64,000 nucleotides of DNA. It comes from a bacterium (GTDB lineage Bacteria; Patescibacteriota; Minisyncoccia; Minisyncoccales; CG1-02-41-26). Within the stretch, counting starts at the first letter, position 1; each line of letters starts with the position of its first letter. The position numbers and the translations under genes are program-made. This document shows positions 26,940 through 36,954 of the stretch, piece by piece. The stretch lies in NCBI GenBank assembly GCA_030603395.1, contig JAUVXX010000002.1, positions 15,807 through 79,806 on the forward strand. Direction: 5' to 3'. Under the pieces are notes generated by a model. The model was not told the origin of the DNA, ran no database searches, and was given only the letters and a program-made list of their open reading frames with translations.

Positions 26940-28019
26940 TTATAAACCTTGTTCTTTTAGTTTTTCTAAAAGTTCTTTTTGTTTTTTGGTTAATTTCTTG
27001 GGTGTTTTAATCACCAACTTAATATACAAATTACCTCTGCCGAAGCCGGAAAAATGAGGTATTCCTTTGCCAGAGATTCTAAAAATCTTACCGGATTCAA
27101 TGCCAGAAGATACTTTCAATAGAATTTTCTTACCTTCCAGGGTTGGTACTTCAACCTCGTCTCCTAAAGCGACTTGGGTGAAAGAAACAGGCAAAGCCAG
27201 AAATAAATCATCACCTTTTCTTTCAAATACAGAATGGGGTTTAATGAAAATTTTAACGTATAAATCACCGTTCTTTGCTCCTCTTCTACCAGCTTCACCT
27301 TCTCCCGCAATTTTCATTATTTGGCCAGTGTCCACTCCCGAGGGAACATAAACTGCTACATCTTGGTAATCATCAATTCTTCCCTCTCCCTTACAAACAT
27401 TACAGGGACGCTCTGGAATCTTTCCCTGGCCTTTACATTCGGGGCATAAAACATAGCGAGTGATAGTCCCCAGAAGAGTTTTTTTCATCTGCTGGACCTG
27501 ACCGGTTCCCCGGCAACTGAAACATTCTTTTACTTGAGAACCAGGCTCTGCTCCCGAGCCCTGGCATCTTTGGCAAGTTATTTTTTTGCCAAGATTGATA
27601 TTTCTTTTCACTCCTTTTAAGGTATCTTTCAGGTCTATCTCAAGTTCAATCTCAATGTTTTTTCCTTGGTTGATATCTTTTCTCCTCTTGCTAGTTCTCG
27701 TAAAGCCGAGGAAGTCCTCAAAAATGTCTTCAAAGTCTATTCCCAAATCAAAATCCTCTCCCCTGACATTACCCCAAAAAACTCCCGGGTCAAATCCTCC
27801 CTGGGCTCCTGCTCCTTCAAAGGCTTGACCAAACCTGTCATACTGGGTCTTTTTTTCAGGATTACCTAAAACCTGGTAGGCCTCGCTTATCTCTTTGAAT
27901 TTCTCTCCATCTCCGCCTTTGTCCGGATGATATTTATGAGCTAATCTCCGGTAGGCCCTCTTGATTTCATCTTGAGAGGCTTCTCGAGAGATGCCCAAAA
28001 CTTGATAATAATCTCTCAT
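26940..28019 (-). CDS. dnaJ: molecular chaperone DnaJ
   Basis: J domain with HPD (KYHPDKGG), a G/F region, and four CxxCxGxG zinc-finger repeats. Confidence 0.95.
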   Translation of the reverse strand: MRDYYQVLGISREASQDEIKRAYRRLAHKYHPDKGGDGEKFKEISEAYQVLGNPEKKTQYDRFGQAFEGAGAQGGFDPGVFWGNVRGEDFDLGIDFEDIFEDFLGFTRTSKRRKDINQGKNIEIELEIDLKDTLKGVKRNINLGKKITCQRCQGSGAEPGSQVKECFSCRGTGQVQQMKKTLLGTITRYVLCPECKGQGKIPERPCNVCKGEGRIDDYQDVAVYVPSGVDTGQIMKIAGEGEAGRRGAKNGDLYVKIFIKPHSVFERKGDDLFLALPVSFTQVALGDEVEVPTLEGKKILLKVSSGIESGKIFRISGKGIPHFSGFGRGNLYIKLVIKTPKKLTKKQKELLEKLKEQGL

Positions 28020-29878
28020 GTTTGCTTTTTCTTGTAAAGTTCAGCTCCCACCTTCTGGATGGATTGTGAAAGCTCTGAGGTTTTCGCTTTTATTTCTTCA
28101 ACGTTATCACCGTCTTTAATTTTTTTCAAATCAGCAATTTTCTGCTCAATCTCTTTTTTGACCTCTTGAGAAACCTTGTCTCCGGCTTCCTTCAAAGTTT
28201 TCTCAGTGGTGTAGATTAAATTGTCAGCTATATTTCTTGTTTCAATTAATTCTTTCTTTTTTTGGTCCTCAGCAGCGTGCGCCTCGGCTTCTTTCTTCAA
28301 CTTCTCCACCTCCTCTTTATTCAAACCGCTTGAGCCTTCTATACGAATAGATTGACTTTTGCTGGTTGCCTTATCTTGAGCTGAAACATTCAAGATTCCA
28401 TCAGCATCAATATCAAAACTAACTTCAACCTGGGGAATACCTCGGGGAGCCGGAGGGATGCCGTCTAAAATGAATCTGCCCAAACTCTTATTGTCCACCG
28501 CCATGGACCGCTCACCCTGTAAAACATGAACTTCAACTGAGGCTTGACTGTCAGCCGCCGTTGAGAAAATCTGTTTTTTGGATGTAGGAATGGTGGTATT
28601 CTTGGCGATTAAGGTGGTATTAACTCCTCCCAGGGTTTCAATCCCTAAACCCAAAGGGGTAACATCCAACAAAAGAACATCTTTCACTTCTCCCTCTAGT
28701 TTTCTGCCCTCGTCTTTAGCTAAAAGAATTTCGCCTTCAATAGCAGCACCAATAGCAACTACCTCGTCCGGGTTAACATCTTTACTGGGTTCTTTACCAA
28801 AAATTTTCTTAATCTCTTCTTGAATTTTTGGCATTCTGGTCTGGCCCCCCACCAAAACTATTTCGTCAATATCAGCTGCTTGGAGTTTTGCCTCTTTCAA
28901 GGTGCTTTTTACCAGCTCAATTGATTTTTCAATAAACTCTCCGACCATATTTTCCAATTGGGCTCGGGATAGCTTATAAAGGAGATGTTTGGGACCGGAG
29001 CTATCTGAAGTAATAAAGGGAAGGTTTATTTCGGTTTCCTGGGTAGAAGATAGTTCAATCTTTGCCTTCTCCCCTGCCTCTTTAATTCTTTGTAAAGCTA
29101 AGGTGTCTTTTGACAAATCAATGCCCTGGTCTTTTTTAAACTCTTCAACCACCCAATCTATTATTTTTTGGTCAAAATCATCGCCCCCCAGATGAGTATC
29201 CCCTCCGGTAGCTTTAACCTCAACGTGGGGCTCTTTCTTGCCTTTTTCCATCTCTACCTCACCAACTTCTAAAATAGAGATGTCAAAAGTCCCGCCTCCA
29301 AAGTCATAAACCACAATTTTTTCCTCCTCTTTTTTGGTTAAGCCATAAGCTAAAGCGGCTGCAGTTGGTTCGTTAATAACTCTGCGAACCTTCAAGCCAG
29401 CGATTTCTCCAGCCACCTTGGTGGCTTTTCTCTGAGAATCGTCAAAGTAAGCCGGGCAAGTGATGATGGCTTCCTCTATCTTTTCTCCCAATTTTTCTTC
29501 AGCATCTTGCTTTAATTTTTGCAAAATCATAGCTGAAATTTCAGGAGGTCGATACCACCTCTCCCCCATCTTAACTTCCACACCTCCGTCCTTACTTTCT
29601 CTCATCTCGTAAGGGTAAAGTTTTTTGTCTCTTTGGACTTCTGCGTCAGAAAATCTCCTACCCATTAATCTTTTGATGGAAAAGATGGTATTTTGGGGAT
29701 TGGTAATGGTTTGTCTCTTGGCTAAAATTCCGGCTAATCTTTCTCCATTTTTAGCCAGAGCAACTACCGAGGGAGTAGTCCTTGAACCCTCTTTATTTTC
29801 AATTATGGAGGGACTGCCCGTCTCAACCACAGCCATGGCCGAAAAGGTAGTTCCCAGATCAATTCCTAAAATCTTCAT
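28016..29878 (-). CDS. dnaK: molecular chaperone DnaK (Hsp70)
   Basis: [27 protein letters not shown]. Confidence 0.95.
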   Translation of the reverse strand: MKILGIDLGTTFSAMAVVETGSPSIIENKEGSRTTPSVVALAKNGERLAGILAKRQTITNPQNTIFSIKRLMGRRFSDAEVQRDKKLYPYEMRESKDGGVEVKMGERWYRPPEISAMILQKLKQDAEEKLGEKIEEAIITCPAYFDDSQRKATKVAGEIAGLKVRRVINEPTAAALAYGLTKKEEEKIVVYDFGGGTFDISILEVGEVEMEKGKKEPHVEVKATGGDTHLGGDDFDQKIIDWVVEEFKKDQGIDLSKDTLALQRIKEAGEKAKIELSSTQETEINLPFITSDSSGPKHLLYKLSRAQLENMVGEFIEKSIELVKSTLKEAKLQAADIDEIVLVGGQTRMPKIQEEIKKIFGKEPSKDVNPDEVVAIGAAIEGEILLAKDEGRKLEGEVKDVLLLDVTPLGLGIETLGGVNTTLIAKNTTIPTSKKQIFSTAADSQASVEVHVLQGERSMAVDNKSLGRFILDGIPPAPRGIPQVEVSFDIDADGILNVSAQDKATSKSQSIRIEGSSGLNKEEVEKLKKEAEAHAAEDQKKKELIETRNIADNLIYTTEKTLKEAGDKVSQEVKKEIEQKIADLKKIKDGDNVEEIKAKTSELSQSIQKVGAELYKKKQT

Positions 29879-29901
29879 AAATTTATAATGTCATTTGAAT
29901 T

Positions 29902-30396
29902 TTACTTGGTGACCTTTACACGGGCGGACCTGATGACCCTACCTGCTAACTGATAACCTTTTTGGATTACTTCTAAAATTTCTCCTGATTTTTTGTCTTT
30001 TACTCCGACTTCTTCCACGGCTTGGTGAAAATTAGGGTTAAATTTTTCGCCCAAACATTTTATCTCCTCCACCCCTTGTTCTTTCAAAAATCCTTGAAAT
30101 TGTTTCTCAATTTGACTTAAACCCTCCAAGTAATCTGAAAGTTCTTTGCTTTCTGATAATTCTCTCTTTGCTTTTTCAAGGTTATCTAAAACTGGCAAAA
30201 TCTTCAAAATCATCTCAGTTTTCTCTGTCTCGAAAAATTTCTTGAACCTCTCCCCTTCTTCCTTCTTAAAATTAATAAAATCTGCCCGGGAGCGCTGCCA
30301 ACCAGCTAAATATTCCCCTCTTTCTTTCTGGTATTCTTTTAACTTTTTCTTTAAATCTTCAATTTGGCCAGAGGATTTTTTATCTTCTTTTTTCAT
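29902..30396 (-). CDS. grpE: nucleotide exchange factor GrpE
   Basis: Coiled-coil N-terminus, RADFINFKKE motif, and position upstream of dnaK. Confidence 0.9.
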   Translation of the reverse strand: MKKEDKKSSGQIEDLKKKLKEYQKERGEYLAGWQRSRADFINFKKEEGERFKKFFETEKTEMILKILPVLDNLEKAKRELSESKELSDYLEGLSQIEKQFQGFLKEQGVEEIKCLGEKFNPNFHQAVEEVGVKDKKSGEILEVIQKGYQLAGRVIRSARVKVTK

Positions 30397-30519
30397 CGTT
30401 TTTTTTCACGTATATTACAATTATACTCATCTAAAATCAGTAATCAAGCCCTATTATAATAAGCGGCAGAGCTGCTTTTCTTGCTTCCTTGACAAAATTA
30501 TTTGTGGTAAAATAAGATA

Positions 30520-31431
30520 ATGCAAATTATCAAAGCGGAAAAATTAACCTGGATTGACATCAAAAATCCCAAAGATGAGGATATCCAATGGTTAAAGAAC
30601 CATTTTGACCTCCACCCTCTGGTCTTGAAAGAACTCCTCCCTCATCTTGATTATCCCAAAATTGAAAACTTTGGTAACTATTTGTTTGTCGTCCTTTTCT
30701 ATCCTTTCTTTGATAGAAAAACTTCCAGAACCATTCCCTTTGAATTAGACATTATTATTTCAAAAAACTACATCATCACCAACCACTACAAAGACATTGT
30801 TCCCCTCAAAGCTATTTTTAATAAATGTAATCTCTACGAGGACATTAGGAGAGAATATACCGACGAAGGTCCAGCCGAACTCTTATATCGAATTATCAAT
30901 CAAATATTTTTAGCCTGCTTCCCGAAACTAAGCCATACCAAACGAAATATTGACGAGATTGAACAACAAATATTTCAAAAAGAGTACAAAAAAACCGTCA
31001 CTCAATTATCTATGGTTAAAAGAGACATTATTGGCTTCCAAAGGATAATTGAACCTCAAAAATTGGTTTTGGTAAATTTAGCCAAAGAGGCCCAGGCCCT
31101 TTTTGATAAGAAATTTCTCCCCTATTTTCATAACCTAATAAGCTTGTTTAACCAGGTACAAAATATCCTCAATACCCGCCATAGAACCCTTAATGCTCTG
31201 GAATCCACCAATCAATTACTCTTGACCACCAAAACTAACGAAATTATAAAACTTTTAACTATTTTTTCAGTTATTGTCTTCCCTTTAAGCTTGCTGGCTG
31301 CAGTCTTTGGCATGAACACAGCCTATCTCCCTTTTGTTGGAGGTCCTCAAGATTTTTGGATAATTTTTGGCATAATGATGGGAGGAGCAATAGCTATGCT
31401 TGTCCTCTTTAAGATAAAAAAGTGGATATAA
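30520..31431 (+). CDS. corA: CorA-family magnesium/cobalt transporter
   Basis: C-terminal two TM helices with the GMN motif (VFGMNTAYLPF). Confidence 0.85.
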   Translation: MQIIKAEKLTWIDIKNPKDEDIQWLKNHFDLHPLVLKELLPHLDYPKIENFGNYLFVVLFYPFFDRKTSRTIPFELDIIISKNYIITNHYKDIVPLKAIFNKCNLYEDIRREYTDEGPAELLYRIINQIFLACFPKLSHTKRNIDEIEQQIFQKEYKKTVTQLSMVKRDIIGFQRIIEPQKLVLVNLAKEAQALFDKKFLPYFHNLISLFNQVQNILNTRHRTLNALESTNQLLLTTKTNEIIKLLTIFSVIVFPLSLLAAVFGMNTAYLPFVGGPQDFWIIFGIMMGGAIAMLVLFKIKKWI

Positions 31432-31453
31432 TAGAGCAGGGAAGTCAAAATTT

Positions 31454-33208
31454 ATGAAACTTTCTAGTCGTCTCACCAACTCAATAGCAGCTGGTTTTTT
31501 AATGTTAATGTTTTGTTTAGCTTTCTTCAGCATGAAAGATATCCCAGCCACCACGGATGAAGTACCTCACATTTCAGCCGGTTATTCCTATTTAAGCCAG
31601 AAAGATTTTCGACTTAATCCAGAACATCCCCCTCTAATCAAAGATTTGGCGGCCTTGCCTCTTCTGTCTCAAAACCTCAATTTTCCAGAAAATTATCCTT
31701 CCTGGCTCCAAGGGGTTAATCAACAATGGTGGTTTGGCAATCAATTTTTATATCAATCGGGCAATGATGCTGATAAAATTATCTTTTCGTCACGAATCCC
31801 CATGATTCTAATTTTATTGCTTCTCGGTTGGTTAATTTTCCACTGGGCTCGAAAACTTGGAGGTAATTTTGTGGGTTTAGCTGTCCTGTTTCTCTTTACC
31901 CTCTCACCTACCTTTTTAGCTCACGGCAGACTGGTAACCACTGATGTAGGAGCTGCCCTGGGAATTGTTTTAGCCACTCTTTTCTATCTAAGATTCTTAA
32001 AAAATCCTAAGAAATTAAATATAATTTTAGCTGGCCTTACTTTAGGGATTGCCTTGCTTTTGAAATTCTCTTGCATTTTACTCCTGCCGCTTTTTGTTGT
32101 GATAACCTTAGTTTATGTCTTCCTTTTTCCAGAAAAAAAAGAGGCTAAAAAAGTTTCTAAAAATCTATTAAAATATCTGGGATTGGCTCTCCTTATTTTG
32201 GTAATTGCTGCTTTGGTAATTTGGTTAGTTTATTTATTCCATACCTGGAATTATCCCATAGAGAAACAAGTTGAAGATACCAAATCCCTTTTGAGCTCAA
32301 ATCCCCTCGTTAAAATAAATCTCTGGCTGGCTCAAAGTAAGATTTTCCGGCCCCTCGGCCATTATCTTTTGGGTCTCAGTATGGCAACCCAAAGGGTGGC
32401 CGGGGGAAATACAATCTACTTTTTGGGTAATGTCTCAAACATTGCCTGGTGGTATTATTTCCCGGTTGTTTATTTTCTAAAAGTTCCTCTGGCTTTCCAT
32501 ATTTTAACAATCCTGGCAATTTTATTGGCGTTTCTCTCTGTTTCTATTTCTCGCCTGAAATCCTGGTGTAAAAACCATTTTACTGAACTTACCATGCTAA
32601 TATTTTTAGCAATTTATTGGACAACCTCAATTAAAGGCAATCTAAACATTGGGGTAAGGCATATTCTGCCAATTTTCCCCTTCACTTACATTTTAGTCTG
32701 TCTCGCTATTAAAAATGGCTACCAGAAACTAAAAAGTATTCCTTTAAGGAAAACCATTGTTATTGTTTCACTGATTCTTTTCAGCTGGTATGGATTCTCT
32801 TCTTTAAAAGCTTTTCCTCATTATTTATCTTATTTCAATGAAACAGCCGGGGGTTCAAGCCAGGGGTATAAATTAGTGGTTGATTCAAATTATGATTGGG
32901 GTCAAGATTTAAAATGGCTCAAAAATTGGCTGGAAGAAAACAAGGTTGAGAAAATCTACGTTGATTATTTTGGCGGTGGAGACATTCCCTATTATTTAGG
33001 AGAAAAATATCTTCACTGGCAAGGAACAAAATCTCCCAACGAATTTCCAAAAGGTAATTATCTGGCAGTTTCTGCCACCCTGTTGAAGGGAGGCCAAGGG
33101 ATTCCGGTCAAAGATTTCAACCAACCCACTACCTACTACAATTGGCTCAATAGTTACGCTCCTGTTGCCCGCGCGGGCAACTCCATCTTCATTTACTATA
33201 TTGATTAA
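31454..33208 (+). CDS. GT-C fold glycosyltransferase (family 39 / PMT-ArnT-like)
   Basis: 584 aa, at least 10 TM segments, first-loop DE motif (TTDEVPHISAGYSY), and a soluble C-terminal domain. Confidence 0.7.
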   Translation: MKLSSRLTNSIAAGFLMLMFCLAFFSMKDIPATTDEVPHISAGYSYLSQKDFRLNPEHPPLIKDLAALPLLSQNLNFPENYPSWLQGVNQQWWFGNQFLYQSGNDADKIIFSSRIPMILILLLLGWLIFHWARKLGGNFVGLAVLFLFTLSPTFLAHGRLVTTDVGAALGIVLATLFYLRFLKNPKKLNIILAGLTLGIALLLKFSCILLLPLFVVITLVYVFLFPEKKEAKKVSKNLLKYLGLALLILVIAALVIWLVYLFHTWNYPIEKQVEDTKSLLSSNPLVKINLWLAQSKIFRPLGHYLLGLSMATQRVAGGNTIYFLGNVSNIAWWYYFPVVYFLKVPLAFHILTILAILLAFLSVSISRLKSWCKNHFTELTMLIFLAIYWTTSIKGNLNIGVRHILPIFPFTYILVCLAIKNGYQKLKSIPLRKTIVIVSLILFSWYGFSSLKAFPHYLSYFNETAGGSSQGYKLVVDSNYDWGQDLKWLKNWLEENKVEKIYVDYFGGGDIPYYLGEKYLHWQGTKSPNEFPKGNYLAVSATLLKGGQGIPVKDFNQPTTYYNWLNSYAPVARAGNSIFIYYID

Positions 33209-33274
33209 GGTCTTTCATTTATGTTAAGCTATTTTAAAATGTTTTTTTAACAAATTAAGAAGGGAGGAATAGTT

Positions 33275-33559
33275 ATGAAGAGAAAAGTTTTAACTGCAGA
33301 TGATGTCAGGAAAAAGCTGAAACCATTGAACCTCAAATGCAAGCCTGTAAATCCAAATGAGATTGTTGAGATTTATGACGATTGCATGAGAATCCGCAGA
33401 ATACCCCCAATAAGGATGACCAAGAGAGAATATACAAAAATGCGGAATCGACAAATGGGGCAACAGTTGAGAAGATTGAGAGAGTGGTTACAAGAAAAAG
33501 AACGCCTTGAGAAACTGTCTCCAGGGAACAACATAACTTTTGGTTTTGCTTGTCCATAA
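33275..33559 (+). CDS. hypothetical basic protein (94 aa), orphan with strong SD
   Basis: AGGGAGGA lies 6 nt upstream of the ATG (33261-33268). It has its own strong terminator. No family recognised. Confidence 0.4.
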   Translation: MKRKVLTADDVRKKLKPLNLKCKPVNPNEIVEIYDDCMRIRRIPPIRMTKREYTKMRNRQMGQQLRRLREWLQEKERLEKLSPGNNITFGFACP

Positions 33560-33597
33560 TTCCCTCAGGCCCGGCTCATCAGCAGGCCCAATAGCAA

Positions 33598-33638
33598 CGA
33601 GAGGTTGTTGGTTCTACCAACAACCTCTCGTTTATTTT
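33598..33638 (+). terminator. rho-independent terminator
   Basis: 14-bp stem cgagaggttgttgg / ccaacaacctctcg followed by tttatttt. Confidence 0.75.
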
Positions 33639-33703
33639 CCAAAGAATACAAAGAACAGTTCTCTGCACAAATTCAATCGCATAGAGGTCGAACCTCGTGC
33701 GAT

Positions 33704-34498
33704 TTATTTGTAATACACTTTTGAGAAACGGAGGTCGATGTATTGAAGATTTTCTCTATCTTCGGAAGAAATTTCTTTTTCTAAAAGCAAGCTGAGCTTG
33801 GTTAAAATTAAATTAATGTCTCCTGCCAAATCAAAATAGATTTCCCAACCCTCAATTGTCTTGACATCTAAGTTGTCTGAGCCCCTTAAAATAAACTTTT
33901 CTACATCTATCCCCAGGTTTTCCTCCAGTTCATCATGAATTCCCAAAAGCTGATTCATTTTCTCTTTTGGAATAATTTCCTCTCCCAGATTTTTAACCTC
34001 CCCTCCCCTAGAAAATATCTTCACCAAATCCTTCGAGGTTGAACCTCGAAAGATTATTCCGTTATCGTCGATTAAAAAACAGTTATCTTCTTCAAAACAC
34101 CAAATTCCCACAGCTATTCTTTTTTTGACCTCTAAGGTTAAACTTTTGGGAAACTTCTTTTTCAAGATTACTTCTTTTATTTCCGGATACTCTTTTAAAA
34201 TCCTATCCTCTATTTTTTGGGAATTAACTAAAAAGAAAGTGTTTTTACGAAAAAAAATAAAAAAGGAAGTTTCTAATTCTTTCTGCAAAAGGACCTGAAT
34301 TTCTTCTTTAGAAATGTCTTCCGGGGCTGAAATGTCAATTTCTTTTATCCTGAATATTTCAGAAAGAAAAAAGAGGTAAAAAACTAAAATTGCTGAAGCA
34401 AGGATCAAAATAAAAATCCAAAAAAATCGACTCTTTAAAAGCGATTTTCTTTTTTTAAATCTCTTAAACCTCCGATATTTTCTAAATTTCCTTCGCAT
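33704..34498 (-). CDS. ftsQ: cell division protein FtsQ-like (POTRA domain)
   Basis: Basic N-terminus, single TM helix, POTRA-like IKEIDISAPEDISKEEI. Lies downstream of murF-femAB. Confidence 0.6.
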   Translation of the reverse strand: MRRKFRKYRRFKRFKKRKSLLKSRFFWIFILILASAILVFYLFFLSEIFRIKEIDISAPEDISKEEIQVLLQKELETSFFIFFRKNTFFLVNSQKIEDRILKEYPEIKEVILKKKFPKSLTLEVKKRIAVGIWCFEEDNCFLIDDNGIIFRGSTSKDLVKIFSRGGEVKNLGEEIIPKEKMNQLLGIHDELEENLGIDVEKFILRGSDNLDVKTIEGWEIYFDLAGDINLILTKLSLLLEKEISSEDRENLQYIDLRFSKVYYK

Positions 34499-34502
34499 AA
34501 AC

Positions 34503-35588
34503 TCAAAAGCCTCTCGCTTTTTTCCTTAATTTTTCAAAAACAAAAGTGAACCAGTACTTAAAAGAAAGGGGTAAATCCTGGGTTTTAACGTATTTTTTTT
34601 CATAACCGCCGAAGCCCTTTTTGAACAAACTCAATCCCCAAAAAGGATGCCTTCGATATTTCGACATTTCGACATTTCGAGTATCGGCGATTCCCCAGAA
34701 ATTGTAAAGTTGACAACCCCTTCTTTTGGCCTCTTTGATGGCTTCCCATTGTAAAAGATAAGAAGCGGGAACTTTGGGATATTTTTGAATTGAGGCACCT
34801 TGGTGGTAAAAAGCAATTCCCTGCCAAAAAATGACCAGAGAAGAAGCTAAACATTCTCCCCGGTATTTTGCCAAAAAAATAAGCACTTGATTGTCCGGTA
34901 AAAAGGCTGAAAATTCATTTTTTAAATAATCCAGAGAAAAAGGAACAAAATGATGGCGGTCAACTGTTTTCTGGTACAAAGTATTGAAAACTTCAATGTC
35001 TTGGGAGTTTTGAGATTTTTCTATTTTTAATTCCTCGTTTTTAAAGCCCTGCTTGATTAAATAGCGGGTGGTTTTTCGCATCGCCCGCAAAAGCTCCTCT
35101 TCTGATTTTTCAAGATTTAATTGCCAGGTTATTTCAGGGTGAGTATGCAGGGGAGCCGTTCTCAAACCCAAATCTTTAAATATTTTTTCGTTTTCTTCTG
35201 TTCTTTCCCAAATCGGCGCCACCCTAACAAAACCGCACTGTTCTTGTTTAGCAATCTTTTTCAATTCTTCCAATAAAGCTTTTAAAATTTTGGACTTGGG
35301 GCTTGGGATTTGTTTGGGATTTGGGATTTGGGGTTTGGGATTTTTAATAACCGGTCCATGCGGTAAAAATAAAAACTTCCCTCTTCTTGCTGCAACCCTA
35401 AAAACCTGAGCCACCCCCTTCAAATCACCTTCTTCGTAAACTCCCTGGCGCCAAATCTTACCTCCCATCATCTTTTGAAATTCTCCCCAAGACCAACTTT
35501 GTAAAAAAGTTTTTTCTTGACATCCCGAAAGAAAATCTTCCCATATTTTTTTATCTTTAATTTCTCGAACCTCCATATGTTTATTCAA
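34503..35588 (-). CDS. FemAB-family peptidoglycan interpeptide-bridge aminoacyltransferase
   Basis: FLQSWSWGEFQ N-terminus, YHQGAS, and YNFWGI motifs typical of the FemX/FemAB fold. Confidence 0.75.
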   Translation of the reverse strand: MNKHMEVREIKDKKIWEDFLSGCQEKTFLQSWSWGEFQKMMGGKIWRQGVYEEGDLKGVAQVFRVAARRGKFLFLPHGPVIKNPKPQIPNPKQIPSPKSKILKALLEELKKIAKQEQCGFVRVAPIWERTEENEKIFKDLGLRTAPLHTHPEITWQLNLEKSEEELLRAMRKTTRYLIKQGFKNEELKIEKSQNSQDIEVFNTLYQKTVDRHHFVPFSLDYLKNEFSAFLPDNQVLIFLAKYRGECLASSLVIFWQGIAFYHQGASIQKYPKVPASYLLQWEAIKEAKRRGCQLYNFWGIADTRNVEMSKYRRHPFWGLSLFKKGFGGYEKKYVKTQDLPLSFKYWFTFVFEKLRKKARGF

Positions 35589-36954
35589 TTAACATCTTAA
35601 CTAAAGATTGAGGCACTCGGCTTTCTAAAAGGACGATGTCACCGGGAGTGTTGAAATCTTTTAACTTTTCAAAAATTTCTTTTGGTTTTTCAAGAAGTAA
35701 AATATTATCTGAAGTCATACCAGCTTTTTGGGCGCCTTCCCTTAATTCCCTGAATCTGTCTTTGGTGGTAATGATGGCTAAGTCGCAAATTTCGCCAATC
35801 TTCTCCCCTATTCGTTGATGAACCTCTTTGGAAACAGAACCAAGTTCAATAAGACAGGGCATAACCATAACTTTTTTGCCGGTTCTGCCTTTTAAATAAT
35901 CTAAATGAGCCAGAACACTTTTGGGGTTAGCAGAGTAAGTGCTGTCTATTAAGGTAATATTATTAATGCCTTTTTTAATTTCTATCGGGCTTTTAAAGTC
36001 TGCCAAAGTATTTTCTATCTCTTCCCTGCTCACCCCCAAATATTCTGCGGCTGTGGCAGCCAGAGAAAGGTTCTCAATATCCCAAGGAAATAGCTTTTTA
36101 CCAGCTAAGTCAAACTTATAATCGCTTGAGGAGACAAGATTTTTTGAAACTTTTGTTTCCTGAAAAAGCTGTTGGCAGTATTTATTGTTGCCGTTGAAAA
36201 TTGCCAAACCATTTTGAGGTAAACTCTCTATTAATTCAAATTTTGCCTTGATAATATTTTCTTGAGAACCGAAAGTTGAAAGGTGCTGCTCATTGATACC
36301 GGTTAAAATCCCTATATTGGGTTTGAGCATTTGACAAACTTCCTTTATCTTTCCTCTCTGGTAAGCTCCGATTTCAGCGATAAAAATCTCGTACTCTTGA
36401 GTTAATTCGTTTAAAATGGTTTGAGCAATGCCAATTTCAGCATTAATATGTTTTTTTGTCTTTAAAACCTTGAACTTTTTTGATAAAATTTCAGCCAAAA
36501 ATTCTTTGGTTAAGGTTTTACCATAACTCCCGGTAATGCCAATTACTAAAAGGTTTTTACATCTCTCTATTTTCTGTTTGGCTTTCTTTAATATTCTCTT
36601 TCTTAAAACAAAGGTCGGAACTTGAAAGAATAAAACGAGTAAAGAGGAAATTACTGGGCTTAAAATGAGTAGAATTAAAAGCAAAAGATAAAATATGACA
36701 TTTTCTAAAGGAAAAATATAAAATATTATTAACCACTCCAATAATATCCCAAAAAATAAAATGACAATTGTTTTTTTGGTAAGTTTAGGTAATTTAATCC
36801 AGTGGAAACTAGAGATTATCTTTCTCGCTCTTTGTGTCTCAAAATGAGCTCGGAGTCTGCCAAAGTGATATTCTTTGAGCTGCCATAACCAGACCCAAAA
36901 AAAGAGAGTTTTGAAAAAAATCAAAAACCAAAGAATTGTAATGGTTAATTTCAT
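35581..36954 (-). CDS. murF: UDP-N-acetylmuramoyl-tripeptide--D-alanyl-D-alanine ligase with N-terminal transmembrane extension
   Basis: GITGSYGKT P-loop, NAEIGIAQTIL, IAEIGAYQRGKI and INEQHLSTFGS match MurF. The first ~125 aa are 3-4 hydrophobic helices. Confidence 0.75.
   Translation of the reverse strand: MKLTITILWFLIFFKTLFFWVWLWQLKEYHFGRLRAHFETQRARKIISSFHWIKLPKLTKKTIVILFFGILLEWLIIFYIFPLENVIFYLLLLILLILSPVISSLLVLFFQVPTFVLRKRILKKAKQKIERCKNLLVIGITGSYGKTLTKEFLAEILSKKFKVLKTKKHINAEIGIAQTILNELTQEYEIFIAEIGAYQRGKIKEVCQMLKPNIGILTGINEQHLSTFGSQENIIKAKFELIESLPQNGLAIFNGNNKYCQQLFQETKVSKNLVSSSDYKFDLAGKKLFPWDIENLSLAATAAEYLGVSREEIENTLADFKSPIEIKKGINNITLIDSTYSANPKSVLAHLDYLKGRTGKKVMVMPCLIELGSVSKEVHQRIGEKIGEICDLAIITTKDRFRELREGAQKAGMTSDNILLLEKPKEIFEKLKDFNTPGDIVLLESRVPQSLVKMLIE

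Noticed and set aside
33669-33698. Hairpin atcgca-ta-gagg-tcgaa-cctc-g-tgcgat after ftsQ, and the similar cgaggttgaacctcg inside ftsQ (about 34030).
   Set aside because: The similarity is only ~14 nt and one copy is coding. The first is probably just a second convergent terminator, so it is not reported as a repeat family.
34651-34690. Short tandem catttcga repeats in femAB resembling the ATATCGAA repeats in 23S hairpins (45971-45990, 46640-46668).
   Set aside because: The repeat units differ in sequence. The 23S copies form ordinary variable-helix stems, and the femAB copy is in-frame coding sequence. There is no evidence of a shared element.
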